IMG/VR virus record: IMGVR_UViG_3300008267_000007
Coordinates: 1-64,000 of that record
DNA length: 64,000 nucleotides
Reading direction: 5' to 3' (one strand)
Origin: a virus
The notes under the pieces are model-generated. The model was given only the letters and a program-made list of their open reading frames with translations. It was not told the origin of the DNA and made no database searches. The translations under genes and the position numbers were made by a program. Positions 8,615 to 19,227 of the stretch are shown here, one piece after another; position 1 is the first letter of the stretch, and each line of letters starts with the position of its first letter.

Positions 8615-10345
8615 ATGAGTTATAAAAATATTACAACAACATCCTTAGGTAAAAATCGTCATCAAATCACATTATGGACTGATGATGGGGTTGAGCAGTA
8701 TGAATTTCAAAATTATGCTTATGAGAAATGTTATGAAAAAGACTCAACTCATACTAGTTTAAAGGGTGAACCCCTAAAAAAGGTTACTTACTGGGAACGT
8801 GACAATCCTTTTATTCATTACCATGATATGCCTATACATCAAAAATTTTTAATTGATAAGTATGGCATTAATGATGAACCCTCAACTTCACATAAAGAAA
8901 TATTCTTTGATATTGAGATTGAAATGGGAGGAGCACTTACCCCAGAATATATAAAAAGAGCACCTAAACCCGTTACCTCAATTGCTTGGTGGTATAAGCA
9001 AGAAGATAAATGGTATATCTTAATTTTAGATAAAGAAGGTAAAATCCCATCATCAACTGTGGGGAATAAACAAATAATCTCAGTCCCCAATGAAAGGGAA
9101 TTATTAACTAAATGGTTAAATTATCTAAATAAAATCCAACCTGATATATTAATTGGGTATAATAGTGATTATTTTGATATACCTTACCTATATTGGAGAA
9201 TGTACCATCAATTAGGTGAGCGTAAAGCTAATTCATTTTCTCCTATAGGTAAAATAAAAGAACCATCATTTCAGGGTACAGATGGGAATACTATATTCGA
9301 CCCAGATCAACCTATTAGAATTGAGGGTTTATATTCTTTAGATTATATTCGTTTACATAAAAAGTATTCTATGTCTGATGAACCGTCTTATAAATTAGAT
9401 GCTTTAGGTGAAAAATATTGTAAATTAGGTAAAATTGAATACGATGGTAGTTTAGATAGGTTATTTGAAACCGATAAAGAAAAATTTATTGAATATAACT
9501 TTCGTGATGTTGAAATCTTAAAAGCTCTAGATGCCAAATTTAATTATATTGGTCTAACTAAAAACTTGGCACATAAAGGTAAAATCCATTATGATGATGT
9601 ATATCAATCATCTAAAATCCATGATGGTGCTATTTCAGCATATCTGTTAAGTGAAGGTATAGTTCCACCTTCAAGAGATAGAAACTTAATGAGCAAGAAA
9701 AATTATGCTGGTGGTTACTTATTCTGCCCTAAAGCTGGGTTATACCGCTACATGTTTGATGAGGATTTAACTTCATTATACCCTTCAATTATCATGTCTC
9801 TTAATATTGGAAAAGAAACATTAGTTGGTAGAATACTGGATTTCAATGATAGGAATAATAGATTAGGTTTAAATGATTTACAAGCAGATGAAGAAGACCA
9901 ACTACGAAATATGGAATGGTTTACTAACCAAAACAAATTCAACAAAATTGATTGGACAAGCTCAAAATTAGTTAAACTACTCACTCAATATAATTTGGCT
10001 ATATCAGCAAATGGTGTTATATTCCGAACTGATACCCCATCTGTATTATCTACAATTTTAGCAAAATGGTTTGAAGAAAGGGTTTTATACAAGAATCTAA
10101 TGAAAAAAGCATATAAAGCTGGAGACGTAGTAGGTGGTGAAAAATATCATTTAATGCAATATACCATGAAAATCTTGCTAAATTCGCTATATGGAGCTAC
10201 AGCTTTACCTACATTTAGATATGGAAATGTAATTTTATCTGAGGCTATTACATTAAGTGGTCAACGTATCATTCAAGAATCAGCACTTTGTGCTAATAGA
10301 CATATGAACAAAGTTATTCGTAATGAAATTAAATTAGAAATATAA
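8615..10345 (+). CDS. family B DNA polymerase, N-terminal part (3'-5' exonuclease, motifs A and B)
   Basis: FDIEI (Exo I), GYNSDYFD (Exo II), YNFRDV (Exo III), DLTSLYPSII (motif A), KILLNSLYG (motif B). Confidence 0.93.
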   Translation: MSYKNITTTSLGKNRHQITLWTDDGVEQYEFQNYAYEKCYEKDSTHTSLKGEPLKKVTYWERDNPFIHYHDMPIHQKFLIDKYGINDEPSTSHKEIFFDIEIEMGGALTPEYIKRAPKPVTSIAWWYKQEDKWYILILDKEGKIPSSTVGNKQIISVPNERELLTKWLNYLNKIQPDILIGYNSDYFDIPYLYWRMYHQLGERKANSFSPIGKIKEPSFQGTDGNTIFDPDQPIRIEGLYSLDYIRLHKKYSMSDEPSYKLDALGEKYCKLGKIEYDGSLDRLFETDKEKFIEYNFRDVEILKALDAKFNYIGLTKNLAHKGKIHYDDVYQSSKIHDGAISAYLLSEGIVPPSRDRNLMSKKNYAGGYLFCPKAGLYRYMFDEDLTSLYPSIIMSLNIGKETLVGRILDFNDRNNRLGLNDLQADEEDQLRNMEWFTNQNKFNKIDWTSSKLVKLLTQYNLAISANGVIFRTDTPSVLSTILAKWFEERVLYKNLMKKAYKAGDVVGGEKYHLMQYTMKILLNSLYGATALPTFRYGNVILSEAITLSGQRIIQESALCANRHMNKVIRNEIKLEI

Positions 10346-10608
10346 TGGCGTTAAAGGGACAATCAATTAGAAATGGGGTTACTATTACTCAAGATGGTAA
10401 AAAAGTAGAAAAACAAGTAATTCTTGATGAAAGTGTGAATTGGGTTGAATCTCAAGAAAATTTCTTCAAAAAAATGCTTAAGCAAGGAGGTAAGTGTAAG
10501 ATAAATGGCCATTTATATGAAATATTTCTTAAAGAGAGAACAGACATAGACTCAAAAGGGAATAGACCCGTTAATTTACCACCAGTTCCAGGAGAAAGAA
10601 CATTTTAA
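10345..10608 (+). CDS. hypothetical protein inserted between the two polymerase parts
   Basis: 87-aa ORF with TAATG overlap at its 5' end, ending 1 nt before the next ATG. Confidence 0.7.
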   Translation: MALKGQSIRNGVTITQDGKKVEKQVILDESVNWVESQENFFKKMLKQGGKCKINGHLYEIFLKERTDIDSKGNRPVNLPPVPGERTF

Positions 10609-10609
10609 T

Positions 10610-11545
10610 ATGAAACATTTAGAAGATACCCCATGGTGGATTTGCGATGAAGGTGATTTTAACTTCTGTGCTTATGTTGACACAGATTCCAATTATTTTA
10701 ATGCTGAGCCTTTATTATTACACCTTTATCCTGATTTTGAAACTAAAACTGATCAAGAAAAAGATGATATATTAGAAAAAGTGGCTCTTAAGTATCAAGA
10801 CATTATAACAGAATATTATAATACATTAGCTAAAGAAGCTTTTAATGTCCCAACTCATAGGCTTGAAATGAAAACTGAAGCTGTTATACGTTCTGCTTAT
10901 TTTAGAGCGACTCGTAGATATGCTCAATGGATTACTAAAAAAGAGGGTAGGCCTATAGAAGAACTTGATATTAAGGGATTAGAATTCAAAAAAGCTAACT
11001 TCCCTAAATATTTTGGAACATTTTATCAAAGTATATTAGAATTAATTATTAAAGGTACTCCTCAATCTATTATTGATAAACAAATATCAGATTTTAGAAA
11101 TGAAGCGACCTCACCTAATGTAGATTTTTGTTTAATAGGTAATCCAACATCTGTTAAGGTGTTAAATGATTATGTTGAATCTATTCCTAAACCTGGTAAA
11201 ATATTATCTATTCTTAAAAAAGGTGCAGGTGCAAATGTTAAAGCTGCTACTTGCTATAATGATTTACTAAGATTTTGGAATTTAGATAAAGATTATAGTC
11301 AAATTGTACAAGGTGATAAAATTAAATGGGTATATTTAAAAGATAACCCATATAAAATGGAAGCAATCGCATTCATGGAGTTTGATATGCCAGATAAAAT
11401 TAGAGATTTTATTAACGAGTACATTGATAGAGATAAAAGTTTTCAAACTATATTACAAAACAAATTACAAGGGTTTTATGATGACCTAGAATGGTCTTTA
11501 CCCCCTGCTAACCCACTTATTTATAAATTCTTTACATTCGGATAA
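10610..11545 (+). CDS. family B DNA polymerase, C-terminal part (motif C, thumb)
   Basis: YVDTDS catalytic motif, RRYA, IKGLE, GDKIKWVY. Confidence 0.92.
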   Translation: MKHLEDTPWWICDEGDFNFCAYVDTDSNYFNAEPLLLHLYPDFETKTDQEKDDILEKVALKYQDIITEYYNTLAKEAFNVPTHRLEMKTEAVIRSAYFRATRRYAQWITKKEGRPIEELDIKGLEFKKANFPKYFGTFYQSILELIIKGTPQSIIDKQISDFRNEATSPNVDFCLIGNPTSVKVLNDYVESIPKPGKILSILKKGAGANVKAATCYNDLLRFWNLDKDYSQIVQGDKIKWVYLKDNPYKMEAIAFMEFDMPDKIRDFINEYIDRDKSFQTILQNKLQGFYDDLEWSLPPANPLIYKFFTFG

Positions 11546-11547
11546 AC

Positions 11548-12270
11548 ATGGACAAAAAGTTATTAGTACAAACCATAGATAGTTTTTATTTAAATGGTCT
11601 AACCTCACAAGTAAAGCTTAAAGTGAAAGACAATCAAGTTCACGTTAAGTTTGCTACAGATAATAAAGACTGTATAGGTGAAATCACAGCCCCAATTGAG
11701 TTAGAGGATTGCGAAATAGGAATATACAATACGGGACAACTTCTTAAATTATTAGGAATTACCAATGATTATATTGATCTTAAACTTGCTAAGCAAGGAA
11801 ATCATTTTTTACGTTTAAATATCAGTGATAATCAATTTGATTTGGTTTATAACCTAAGCGATTTGGGGTTAATTCAAGATCCAAGTGTTATATCAAATTT
11901 ACCACCACATGACTTAGAATTTAATATTAATTTTGAATTTTGCCAAAAACTTATTAAGGCCCATAATGCTCTTGATAAACCTCCAAGACTCGAGATTGGA
12001 ATTACTAAAGATTTTCAAGACCAAGATGTTATTGGTTTTATTATAGGAGAAAAATCATCATATTCTAATAAAGTAAATTTCTCGGAACCAGGTACTATTA
12101 CTAACACAATAAAACCTATCCCATTTAGTGCTTTAAATCTTAGAGAAATAGTATCCGTTAATAAAAATGCTAAAGGTAAAGCATATATTTTTAAAGATGG
12201 TCTAATGAAAATCCAATTAGAAGAAGATGGAATTCAATCAGAATATTATCTTGTTGCTTTCTCTGAATAA
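11548..12270 (+). CDS. sliding clamp (T4 gp45/PCNA-like)
   Basis: 240 aa, GIYNTGQLLKLL motif, terminal EYYLVA, between polymerase and clamp loader. Confidence 0.75.
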   Translation: MDKKLLVQTIDSFYLNGLTSQVKLKVKDNQVHVKFATDNKDCIGEITAPIELEDCEIGIYNTGQLLKLLGITNDYIDLKLAKQGNHFLRLNISDNQFDLVYNLSDLGLIQDPSVISNLPPHDLEFNINFEFCQKLIKAHNALDKPPRLEIGITKDFQDQDVIGFIIGEKSSYSNKVNFSEPGTITNTIKPIPFSALNLREIVSVNKNAKGKAYIFKDGLMKIQLEEDGIQSEYYLVAFSE

Positions 12271-12320
12271 AAATTTGGATATCTGAATCTCATTTTGTAT
12301 ATTAACTTAAACATAAAATT

Positions 12321-12617
12321 ATGGCAAATCCACAATTCAAAGGTCGTCAAAAAGGCGATATTAAAAGTAAAACACTTATTGAAGATCCACTATTAGGTGA
12401 TTTTAAAATTAGTATAGATGATAATTGTTATAATTTGATTTATACTGACCCAAAAACTAAAAGTGAAAAAACTACAGGTTATTTTACTAATTTATCTAAT
12501 GCTTTATTTTCAATTTGTAAACAACAAGCTTTAGATACTCCCAATTATACTCTAAAAGAGTATGCTAAACAAATAGAAACAAATTTTAACACATTAACAA
12601 ATTCAATTAAACTATGA
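12321..12617 (+). CDS. hypothetical protein
   Basis: ORF track. Confidence 0.65.
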   Translation: MANPQFKGRQKGDIKSKTLIEDPLLGDFKISIDDNCYNLIYTDPKTKSEKTTGYFTNLSNALFSICKQQALDTPNYTLKEYAKQIETNFNTLTNSIKL

Positions 12618-12907
12618 GTAAATTAAAACCTAGAATGGGCCAAATTGTCCTAAAACCTCTAGAAGAATCAGAAATGATGGTAGGTAATATTATTATCCCA
12701 GATGTTGGTAATGAAAAAACACTTACAGCTACAATTGTTGCAGTATCTGATGTTTACAACTATCATAGAGGTGAGTTAATACCTACAGATTTAGAAGTAG
12801 GTATGAAAGTTGTAGTACCACCAATGGGTGTACAAAAACATAAATTAAATAATGAAGAATATCTTATTACTTCACAAGAAAACATTTTATCAATTATTGA
12901 AGATTAA
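12614..12907 (+). CDS. groES: co-chaperonin GroES
   Basis: LKP...IVLK, GNIIIPD mobile loop, VVAV-like strand, ENILSII; directly before groEL. Confidence 0.88.
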   Translation: MSKLKPRMGQIVLKPLEESEMMVGNIIIPDVGNEKTLTATIVAVSDVYNYHRGELIPTDLEVGMKVVVPPMGVQKHKLNNEEYLITSQENILSIIED

Positions 12908-12909
12908 TT

Positions 12910-14547
12910 ATGACAGAAACATCATTCGGAACAGAATTAAAAAGTAAATTACTATCAGGAGTTAAAAAGTTAAATGATAGTGTATCATCTACCTTAGGAC
13001 CTGCAGGTAGAACGGTATTAATCAAAGGTGAATATGGCCAGTTAACAGTAACTAAAGACGGTGTATCTGTTGCAAAGGCCTTTAAAGAATTAGAAGATCC
13101 AATTGAATCAACTGGGGCTGAATTAGTACAAAAAGTATCAATTAAATCTGCTAATGAGGTTGGAGATGGTACAACTACAAGTACTTTATTAACATATGCT
13201 ATTTTAGAAGAAGGTCTAAAACATGTTAATGCGGGCCAAAATGCAGTTGAAATTAAAAAAGGTATTGATGCTGCCGTAGAGGAATTAAAAGTAGCTCTTA
13301 ATAACTTGACAGAAGATATTTCCGATAATCAACAAATTAAAGAAGTTGCTACTATTTCTGGTAACAATGATGAAGAAATTGGAAACCTAATTGCTACTGC
13401 TTTAGAAAAAGTAGGTAGAGATGGAGTTGTAGCTATTGAAGAATCTAAATCAGGTGAAACGTCATTAGAAATTGTTGAAGGTATGCAATTTGACAGAGGT
13501 TATAAATCACCTTATTTTGTTACTGATAACAATACAATGACTGCTACATTAGATAATCCTTACATCTTAATCTATAACGGTAGAATTGGCAATGTAAATG
13601 AGTTAGTAAACGCTTTAACAATAGCGAATTCAGAAACTAAATCATTATTGATTGTTGCAGAAGATATTGATGGAGAAGCATTAGCAGTAACAATTGTTAA
13701 TAAAATGAGAGGTGTTGTAAATGTTGTGGCCGTTAAAGCACCAGATTTTGGAGATCGTAGAACAATGGCTTTAGAAGATTTAGCTATTATTACAGGTGGT
13801 CAAGTATTATCTAAAGACAAAGGTCATAAGTTAGATAAAATTGATGTTGCTACTTTAAAACAATGTATGGGTACAGCTCGTACTGCTACAATTGGTAAAG
13901 ATAAAACCACTATTGTAGATGGTAAGGGTGAAGAAGAAGTAATCACAGCTAGAGCAGCTGAAATTAAAACCCAAATTGATAATGCTAGTTCATCATTTGA
14001 AAAAGAGAAATTACAAGAACGTTTAGGTAAACTAATTGGGGGAGTAGCTATCATTAATGTAGGTGGTAATAGTGAATTAGAAATTAGAGAGAAAAAAGAT
14101 AGAGTAGAAGATGCTTTATTTGCTACAAAAGCTGCTTTAGAAGAAGGTATTGTAGTAGGTGGTGGAACTGCTTTATTATATGCTAGAAAATCAATTACTT
14201 TTGAAGGATCAAATGATTTTGTTTTAGGTAAGAAAATAGTTTACAGAGCTGTAGCTTCACCATTCCAAAAAATCCTAACTAACGCTGGTCATGATATTGT
14301 AGAAGTACAATACCTGGGTTCTAAATTAACTGACTCTGATAAAGGAAGTAATTGGGCTGGTCTTAACTATAAAGATTTATCAACTATTGATTTTAAAGAA
14401 GCTGGTATTATTGATCCTAAAAAAGTAACTCGTATTGCTTTGGAAAATGCAGCGTCAGTTGCAGGTACTATTTTAACAACAGAATCTGTAATTTACGAAA
14501 GGAAAGAAGATAAAGAAGAACAAAATCCACAACAAGGGATGATGTAA
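12910..14547 (+). CDS. groEL: chaperonin GroEL
   Basis: [51 protein letters not shown]. Confidence 0.98.
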   Translation: MTETSFGTELKSKLLSGVKKLNDSVSSTLGPAGRTVLIKGEYGQLTVTKDGVSVAKAFKELEDPIESTGAELVQKVSIKSANEVGDGTTTSTLLTYAILEEGLKHVNAGQNAVEIKKGIDAAVEELKVALNNLTEDISDNQQIKEVATISGNNDEEIGNLIATALEKVGRDGVVAIEESKSGETSLEIVEGMQFDRGYKSPYFVTDNNTMTATLDNPYILIYNGRIGNVNELVNALTIANSETKSLLIVAEDIDGEALAVTIVNKMRGVVNVVAVKAPDFGDRRTMALEDLAIITGGQVLSKDKGHKLDKIDVATLKQCMGTARTATIGKDKTTIVDGKGEEEVITARAAEIKTQIDNASSSFEKEKLQERLGKLIGGVAIINVGGNSELEIREKKDRVEDALFATKAALEEGIVVGGGTALLYARKSITFEGSNDFVLGKKIVYRAVASPFQKILTNAGHDIVEVQYLGSKLTDSDKGSNWAGLNYKDLSTIDFKEAGIIDPKKVTRIALENAASVAGTILTTESVIYERKEDKEEQNPQQGMM

Positions 14548-14554
14548 TAAATTA

Positions 14555-14574
14555 GGAGCCATGAAAATGGCTCC
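14555..14574 (+). terminator. hairpin after groEL
   Basis: GGAGCCAT-GAAA-ATGGCTCC. Confidence 0.55.
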
Positions 14575-14587
14575 ATATATTTAAGTT

Positions 14588-15499
14588 ATGATAAATAAAA
14601 AACATTCACTTTGGACAGAAAAGTATAGACCTGATACTTTAGAAGGATATATTGGTAATGATAATTTCAAATCATCTTTACAGCAATGGATTGATTCTAA
14701 TGATATTCCACATCTATTACTTTGTGGGGGTGCAGGAACTGGTAAAACTACTGCCGCCAAATTAATCGTAAATAACATCAATTGCGATTCACTATACATT
14801 AATTGTTCAGATGAGAATGGTATTGATACCATTAGAGATAAGGTAAAATCATTTGCGTCAACTGCTAGCTTCAAACCACAAAAAGTGGTTGTAATGGATG
14901 AAGCTGATTTCTTGACAATTAATGCTCAAGCCGCTCTTCGTAATGTTATCGAAACATTTAGTTTAAACACTCGTTTTATCTTTACTTGTAATTATGTTGA
15001 ACGTATAATTGATCCTATTCAATCTAGAACTGTAGTATTTGAATTAACTCCACCTTCAATGAAAGATGTAGCTATGAAATGTATTCAAATTTTAGATGCT
15101 GAAGAAGTAACTTACTCTAAACCTGATGTCGCTGGTATTGTTAAACAAACCTACCCTGATATTAGAAAAAGTTTAAACTTATTGCAATCATCTGTTAAAG
15201 ATGGTGTATTAGAACCTAGTAGACTAATTACTAATTTTAATCAAACATCTGATAAGATTATAGAATTGCTAAAAACTAAAAATATTAAAAATTTTAACAC
15301 TATAAGACAGATAGTTGCTGATTCTAATATTAGAGATTACAATGAACTTTACAGAGCATTATTTGAAAGAGCAGATGAACATACAGACTCAGCCTTAGCT
15401 ACACTTATAATAGCAGACTATCAACATAAATCTATAATGGCACCAGATAAAGAAATAACTTTTTGTGCCTGCATATCAAAATTATTAACAACTAAATAA
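14588..15499 (+). CDS. clamp loader AAA+ subunit (RFC / T4 gp44-like)
   Basis: WTEKYRP, GGAGTGKTT, DEAD, AQAALR, IQSR. Confidence 0.93.
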   Translation: MINKKHSLWTEKYRPDTLEGYIGNDNFKSSLQQWIDSNDIPHLLLCGGAGTGKTTAAKLIVNNINCDSLYINCSDENGIDTIRDKVKSFASTASFKPQKVVVMDEADFLTINAQAALRNVIETFSLNTRFIFTCNYVERIIDPIQSRTVVFELTPPSMKDVAMKCIQILDAEEVTYSKPDVAGIVKQTYPDIRKSLNLLQSSVKDGVLEPSRLITNFNQTSDKIIELLKTKNIKNFNTIRQIVADSNIRDYNELYRALFERADEHTDSALATLIIADYQHKSIMAPDKEITFCACISKLLTTK

Positions 15500-15506
15500 A
15501 TAAACA

Positions 15507-15743
15507 ATGGAAAAACCACAAGTAAGTTTAGATTTAAACAAGACTACACCTATTTTAACAGCTGCTGGAGGAAAAATTTGGCACCAAGGGTACATTTTAA
15601 GAAAAGTATCTAAATTTGTAACAGGGTCACCTGATGATAATGTTTTACCTATTCAAGTATTTTACGATCCTGAAACCGGAGATATCTTAAAAGAAGGATT
15701 ACCTGATGAACTTAGATTCATAATCGAGGATGCCACAAATTAA
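15507..15743 (+). CDS. hypothetical protein
   Basis: ORF track. Confidence 0.65.
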   Translation: MEKPQVSLDLNKTTPILTAAGGKIWHQGYILRKVSKFVTGSPDDNVLPIQVFYDPETGDILKEGLPDELRFIIEDATN

Positions 15744-16149
15744 ATCAGTTTTTGATTGGGTGAAACAAATCCAATATGATAAGTTACCATGGTCCTCATT
15801 TTCGAATGAGGAGCATGATATCTTTAGCAATTTTATGGTTAATAAGATAATATCAATGGACCCCCAATACATTGAAGTGGTTGCTGAGGTACAAGAATTT
15901 TCCATACCCAAGGAAAAGTTATATCAATTATATTGTCAAGTTTTACCCAAACAAAAATCGTTTTCAAAGTATATTAGACCCGCTAAGGCTATTTACAATA
16001 ATGAAGTACTAAGTTTATTAGCTTCTTATTTTCAAATTAGTACTAGAGAAGTTATAGATTATTGTAGTATTATAACTAAACAAGATGTTATAGAAATTTT
16101 ATTGCAAACTGGGAAACAAGATAAAGAAATTAAAAAATTATTAAAATGA
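15730..16149 (+). CDS. putative clamp loader small subunit (T4 gp62-like)
   Basis: Size, position, FMVNKIISM...LPK..FSKY and YFQISTRE patterns. Confidence 0.6.
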   Translation: MPQIKSVFDWVKQIQYDKLPWSSFSNEEHDIFSNFMVNKIISMDPQYIEVVAEVQEFSIPKEKLYQLYCQVLPKQKSFSKYIRPAKAIYNNEVLSLLASYFQISTREVIDYCSIITKQDVIEILLQTGKQDKEIKKLLK

Positions 16150-16568
16150 GTGACTCAATAACTAAATTTGAAGATATGAATCCAAGAGAAGGAAAAGTTA
16201 CAATAGATGAACCTAGGTTTACATCCAAACCTAATACTATTTCACAATTAGAGAAAGAATACCCTATTATAGCTAATGAATTCAAAGCAATTCTAGAAGC
16301 CCAATATGAATTATTCTCCCAAAAAATGTTATCATATGGTATGTCTAACATATCTATGGGTTCTAATTTAGAAACTAAAGATGAAGTTAAATTTTCACTT
16401 ACCTCAATCTGGATCAGAATGAATGATAAGATGAATAGATTAAAAAATCTAGTATTACTAGGTAATAAAAATCCTTTAGATAATGAACCCACTATGGATT
16501 CATGGATTGATCTAACTAACTATGGTATTATAGCCCAAATAGTTAGCAAAGGTAAATGGAGAAAATAA
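16146..16568 (+). CDS. DUF1599 / nucleotide-modification-associated domain 1-like protein
   Basis: K..SYG, IRMNDKMNRL, DSWIDLTNYGII. Confidence 0.75.
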   Translation: MSDSITKFEDMNPREGKVTIDEPRFTSKPNTISQLEKEYPIIANEFKAILEAQYELFSQKMLSYGMSNISMGSNLETKDEVKFSLTSIWIRMNDKMNRLKNLVLLGNKNPLDNEPTMDSWIDLTNYGIIAQIVSKGKWRK

Positions 16569-17548
16569 TGAAAGATACAACCCCTAAAATACTAAAAGAA
16601 ATAAAATCAGTAATAGTTCCCGAAGTACAATATGGGGTTCAAAAATCTGTATCTTATTCTCAATTTAATATATTCTCTACTTGTCCTCACCAGTGGGGTT
16701 TAAAGTATAGGGATGGTCATAAAGTCTATACACCTAGTATACACGCGGTATTTGGTACGGCATTACATACAACTATTCAACAGTATCTAACGTTATTCTA
16801 CAATGAAAGTGTAGCAGCGGCTGACAGATTAGATTTGAATTTCATACTTAAAGAATCGCTAAGAACTGAATATCTATCATCTAAAGAGAAAAACAATAAC
16901 ACTAATTTCAGTACCTCTTCAGAATTAAGTGAGTTTTATGAGGATGGGGTTAATATAATAAAATACATTAAAACCAAAAAGGCTAAATACTTTTCTAAAA
17001 GAGGATGGCATTTGGTTGGTGTAGAATTGCCATTAAATTTGCAACCTAATAATACGTTAGACAATGTTAGATTTATTGGGTTCTTAGATTTGGTTCTATA
17101 TCATGAAGATACAAATACTATTAAAATTGTAGATATAAAAACTTCTACTCGTGGTTGGGGAGATAAAGAAAAAAAAGATGAAATAAAACAATCTCAATTA
17201 ATTCTATATAAAAAATTATTTGCTGAACAATATAATTTCCCTGTAGATAATATTGAAATTGAATTTTTCATTACTCGTAGAAAAATATTTGAAGAAGGAG
17301 ATTTTCCTCAAAAACGTATTCAAGAATTCATACCAGCATCCGGTAAAGTTAAACTTAATAAAGCTGGGCAGTTATTAGATTCTTTCTTAAATAATGTGTT
17401 TAACACTGATGGGAGTTACAAACAAGTTGATCTTGAAAAACGACCAAGTAAGAATAATTGTAGGTTTTGCCCCTATAAAGATAATTCCGATTTATGTGAC
17501 CAAAATGAAAAACCTATAACAATTCCTTCATTTTTCCAATCTATGTAG
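16556..17548 (+). CDS. PD-(D/E)XK nuclease, Cas4/AddB-like with Fe-S cysteines
   Basis: SYSQ..CP, GTALH, GFLDLV...VDIKT, QL.LY, CRFCPY...C. Confidence 0.85.
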   Translation: MEKIMKDTTPKILKEIKSVIVPEVQYGVQKSVSYSQFNIFSTCPHQWGLKYRDGHKVYTPSIHAVFGTALHTTIQQYLTLFYNESVAAADRLDLNFILKESLRTEYLSSKEKNNNTNFSTSSELSEFYEDGVNIIKYIKTKKAKYFSKRGWHLVGVELPLNLQPNNTLDNVRFIGFLDLVLYHEDTNTIKIVDIKTSTRGWGDKEKKDEIKQSQLILYKKLFAEQYNFPVDNIEIEFFITRRKIFEEGDFPQKRIQEFIPASGKVKLNKAGQLLDSFLNNVFNTDGSYKQVDLEKRPSKNNCRFCPYKDNSDLCDQNEKPITIPSFFQSM

Positions 17549-17587
17549 ATATTTATATATAACAATATAAATTTAAAAACAAAAATT

Positions 17588-17776
17588 ATGTCACAAAATC
17601 AACAACTAACAAGTGTAAAGGTAGATAAAGATATCTTCGAAGCATTTAAGATTACATCTATCAAAACTAAATTCTCATTACAAAAATTAGCAGACAGGTG
17701 TATGCATTTATACCTAACTGATCCTGAGTTTCAAAAATTAGTTCATAACCATATGAATTTAGAATTAGAAAAATAA
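17588..17776 (+). CDS. small ribbon-helix-helix-like DNA-binding protein
   Basis: LTSVKVD beta strand followed by two helices. Confidence 0.55.
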   Translation: MSQNQQLTSVKVDKDIFEAFKITSIKTKFSLQKLADRCMHLYLTDPEFQKLVHNHMNLELEK

Positions 17777-17790
17777 TAAATAAATAGTTT

Positions 17791-19218
17791 ATGTTAAAAG
17801 AAAGTTATATACCTAAAGACCAAAGAAAGAAAATAATATTCATCTGTGATGATATTAGAATGCATTCTGGGGTAGCAACAATGGCCAGAGAAATAGTTTT
17901 AGGAACTTCCCATCATTATAATTGGGTAGTAGTAGGAGCAGCTATAAACCATCCAGAACATGGGCAAAGATTAGATCTATCTAGTGCCACTAATCAAGAA
18001 ACTGGCAATACTGATTCCTCTATTACACTTTATCCAAATAATGGATACGGTAATGCTGATTTAATTAGATCTTTAATCAAAACTGAAAAACCTGATGGGT
18101 TGTTCTTTTTTACAGATCCAAGATATTATGATTGGTTATTTGCTATAGAGAATGAGGTTAGAAAACAAATCCCAATGATTTATTTAAATATATGGGATGA
18201 TTTACCAGCGCCCCTATATAATAGAGCCTTCTATGAGTCTTGTGACGCATTATTAGCTATCTCCAAACAAACCAAAAATATTAATGAAATGGTTCTAGGT
18301 AAGAAAGCTAAGGATAAAATTATTACTTATGTTCCTCATGGAATAAATGAAAAACAATTCTTCCCAATTGATAATAAGGATTTATTAAAAGAAACTAAAA
18401 AGAAATTATTTGGTGATAAAGAATTTGATTTTGTATTATTCTTTAATTCAAGAAATATTAGGAGGAAATGTATTAGCGATTTATTAGCAGCCCACAAGAT
18501 ATTTTTAGATACCTTACCTAAAGAGAAAGCAGACAAGATTGCATTAGTACTCCACACTCAACCTATAGATAATAATGGTACTGATTTATATGCTGTGAGA
18601 GAATTACTATTTGGAAAAGACTCAAATGTTATATTCTCAGATAATAGAATAGATACATCCGAATTAAACCAAATATATAATCTTGCAGATGTAACTGTAT
18701 TACCTACTTCAAATGAAGGGTGGGGATTAGCTCTTACTGAAGCTATGATGGCAGGTAAGATGATTATTGCTAACGTAACAGGAGGTATGCAAGATCAAAT
18801 GAGATTCGAAGATGAAAATGGTAAATGGATTGATTTTACTACTGAATTTCCTTCTAATCATTTTGGTACTTATAAAAAACATGGTAAATGGGCTGTACCT
18901 GTATTCCCAAATAATATGTCATTAGTTGGTTCACCTACTACTCCTTACATTTGGGATGATAAATTAGATTTTAGAGAATTAGCTTTAGCAATTCAACAAG
19001 TTTATGAAATGTCTCCTGAAACTAGAAAAGAAAATGGATTAGCAGCTAGAGAATGGGTAACATCAGATGAATCAGGAATGTCAGCTCGAATGATGTGCAA
19101 CAATGTTATCAAAGATATTGATTTAACATTAGAAAAATTTAAACCTAGAAAAACTTTTGAATTTCTTAAGACAGGAGATTTGGATACCCTAGAATTAGTT
19201 CATAAATTAACGTATTAA
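17791..19218 (+). CDS. glycosyltransferase, GT-B fold (GT4-like)
   Basis: SGVA, VPHGI, RNIRRK, EGWGLALTEAM. Confidence 0.88.
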   Translation: MLKESYIPKDQRKKIIFICDDIRMHSGVATMAREIVLGTSHHYNWVVVGAAINHPEHGQRLDLSSATNQETGNTDSSITLYPNNGYGNADLIRSLIKTEKPDGLFFFTDPRYYDWLFAIENEVRKQIPMIYLNIWDDLPAPLYNRAFYESCDALLAISKQTKNINEMVLGKKAKDKIITYVPHGINEKQFFPIDNKDLLKETKKKLFGDKEFDFVLFFNSRNIRRKCISDLLAAHKIFLDTLPKEKADKIALVLHTQPIDNNGTDLYAVRELLFGKDSNVIFSDNRIDTSELNQIYNLADVTVLPTSNEGWGLALTEAMMAGKMIIANVTGGMQDQMRFEDENGKWIDFTTEFPSNHFGTYKKHGKWAVPVFPNNMSLVGSPTTPYIWDDKLDFRELALAIQQVYEMSPETRKENGLAAREWVTSDESGMSARMMCNNVIKDIDLTLEKFKPRKTFEFLKTGDLDTLELVHKLTY

Positions 19219-19227
19219 TAAGATAAA

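Noticed and set aside
10330-10630. Intein or group I/II intron in the polymerase
   Set aside because: No Cys/Ser-start or His-Asn-end intein motifs at the junctions and no recognisable intron core; the insert is AT-rich and fully occupied by an ORF.
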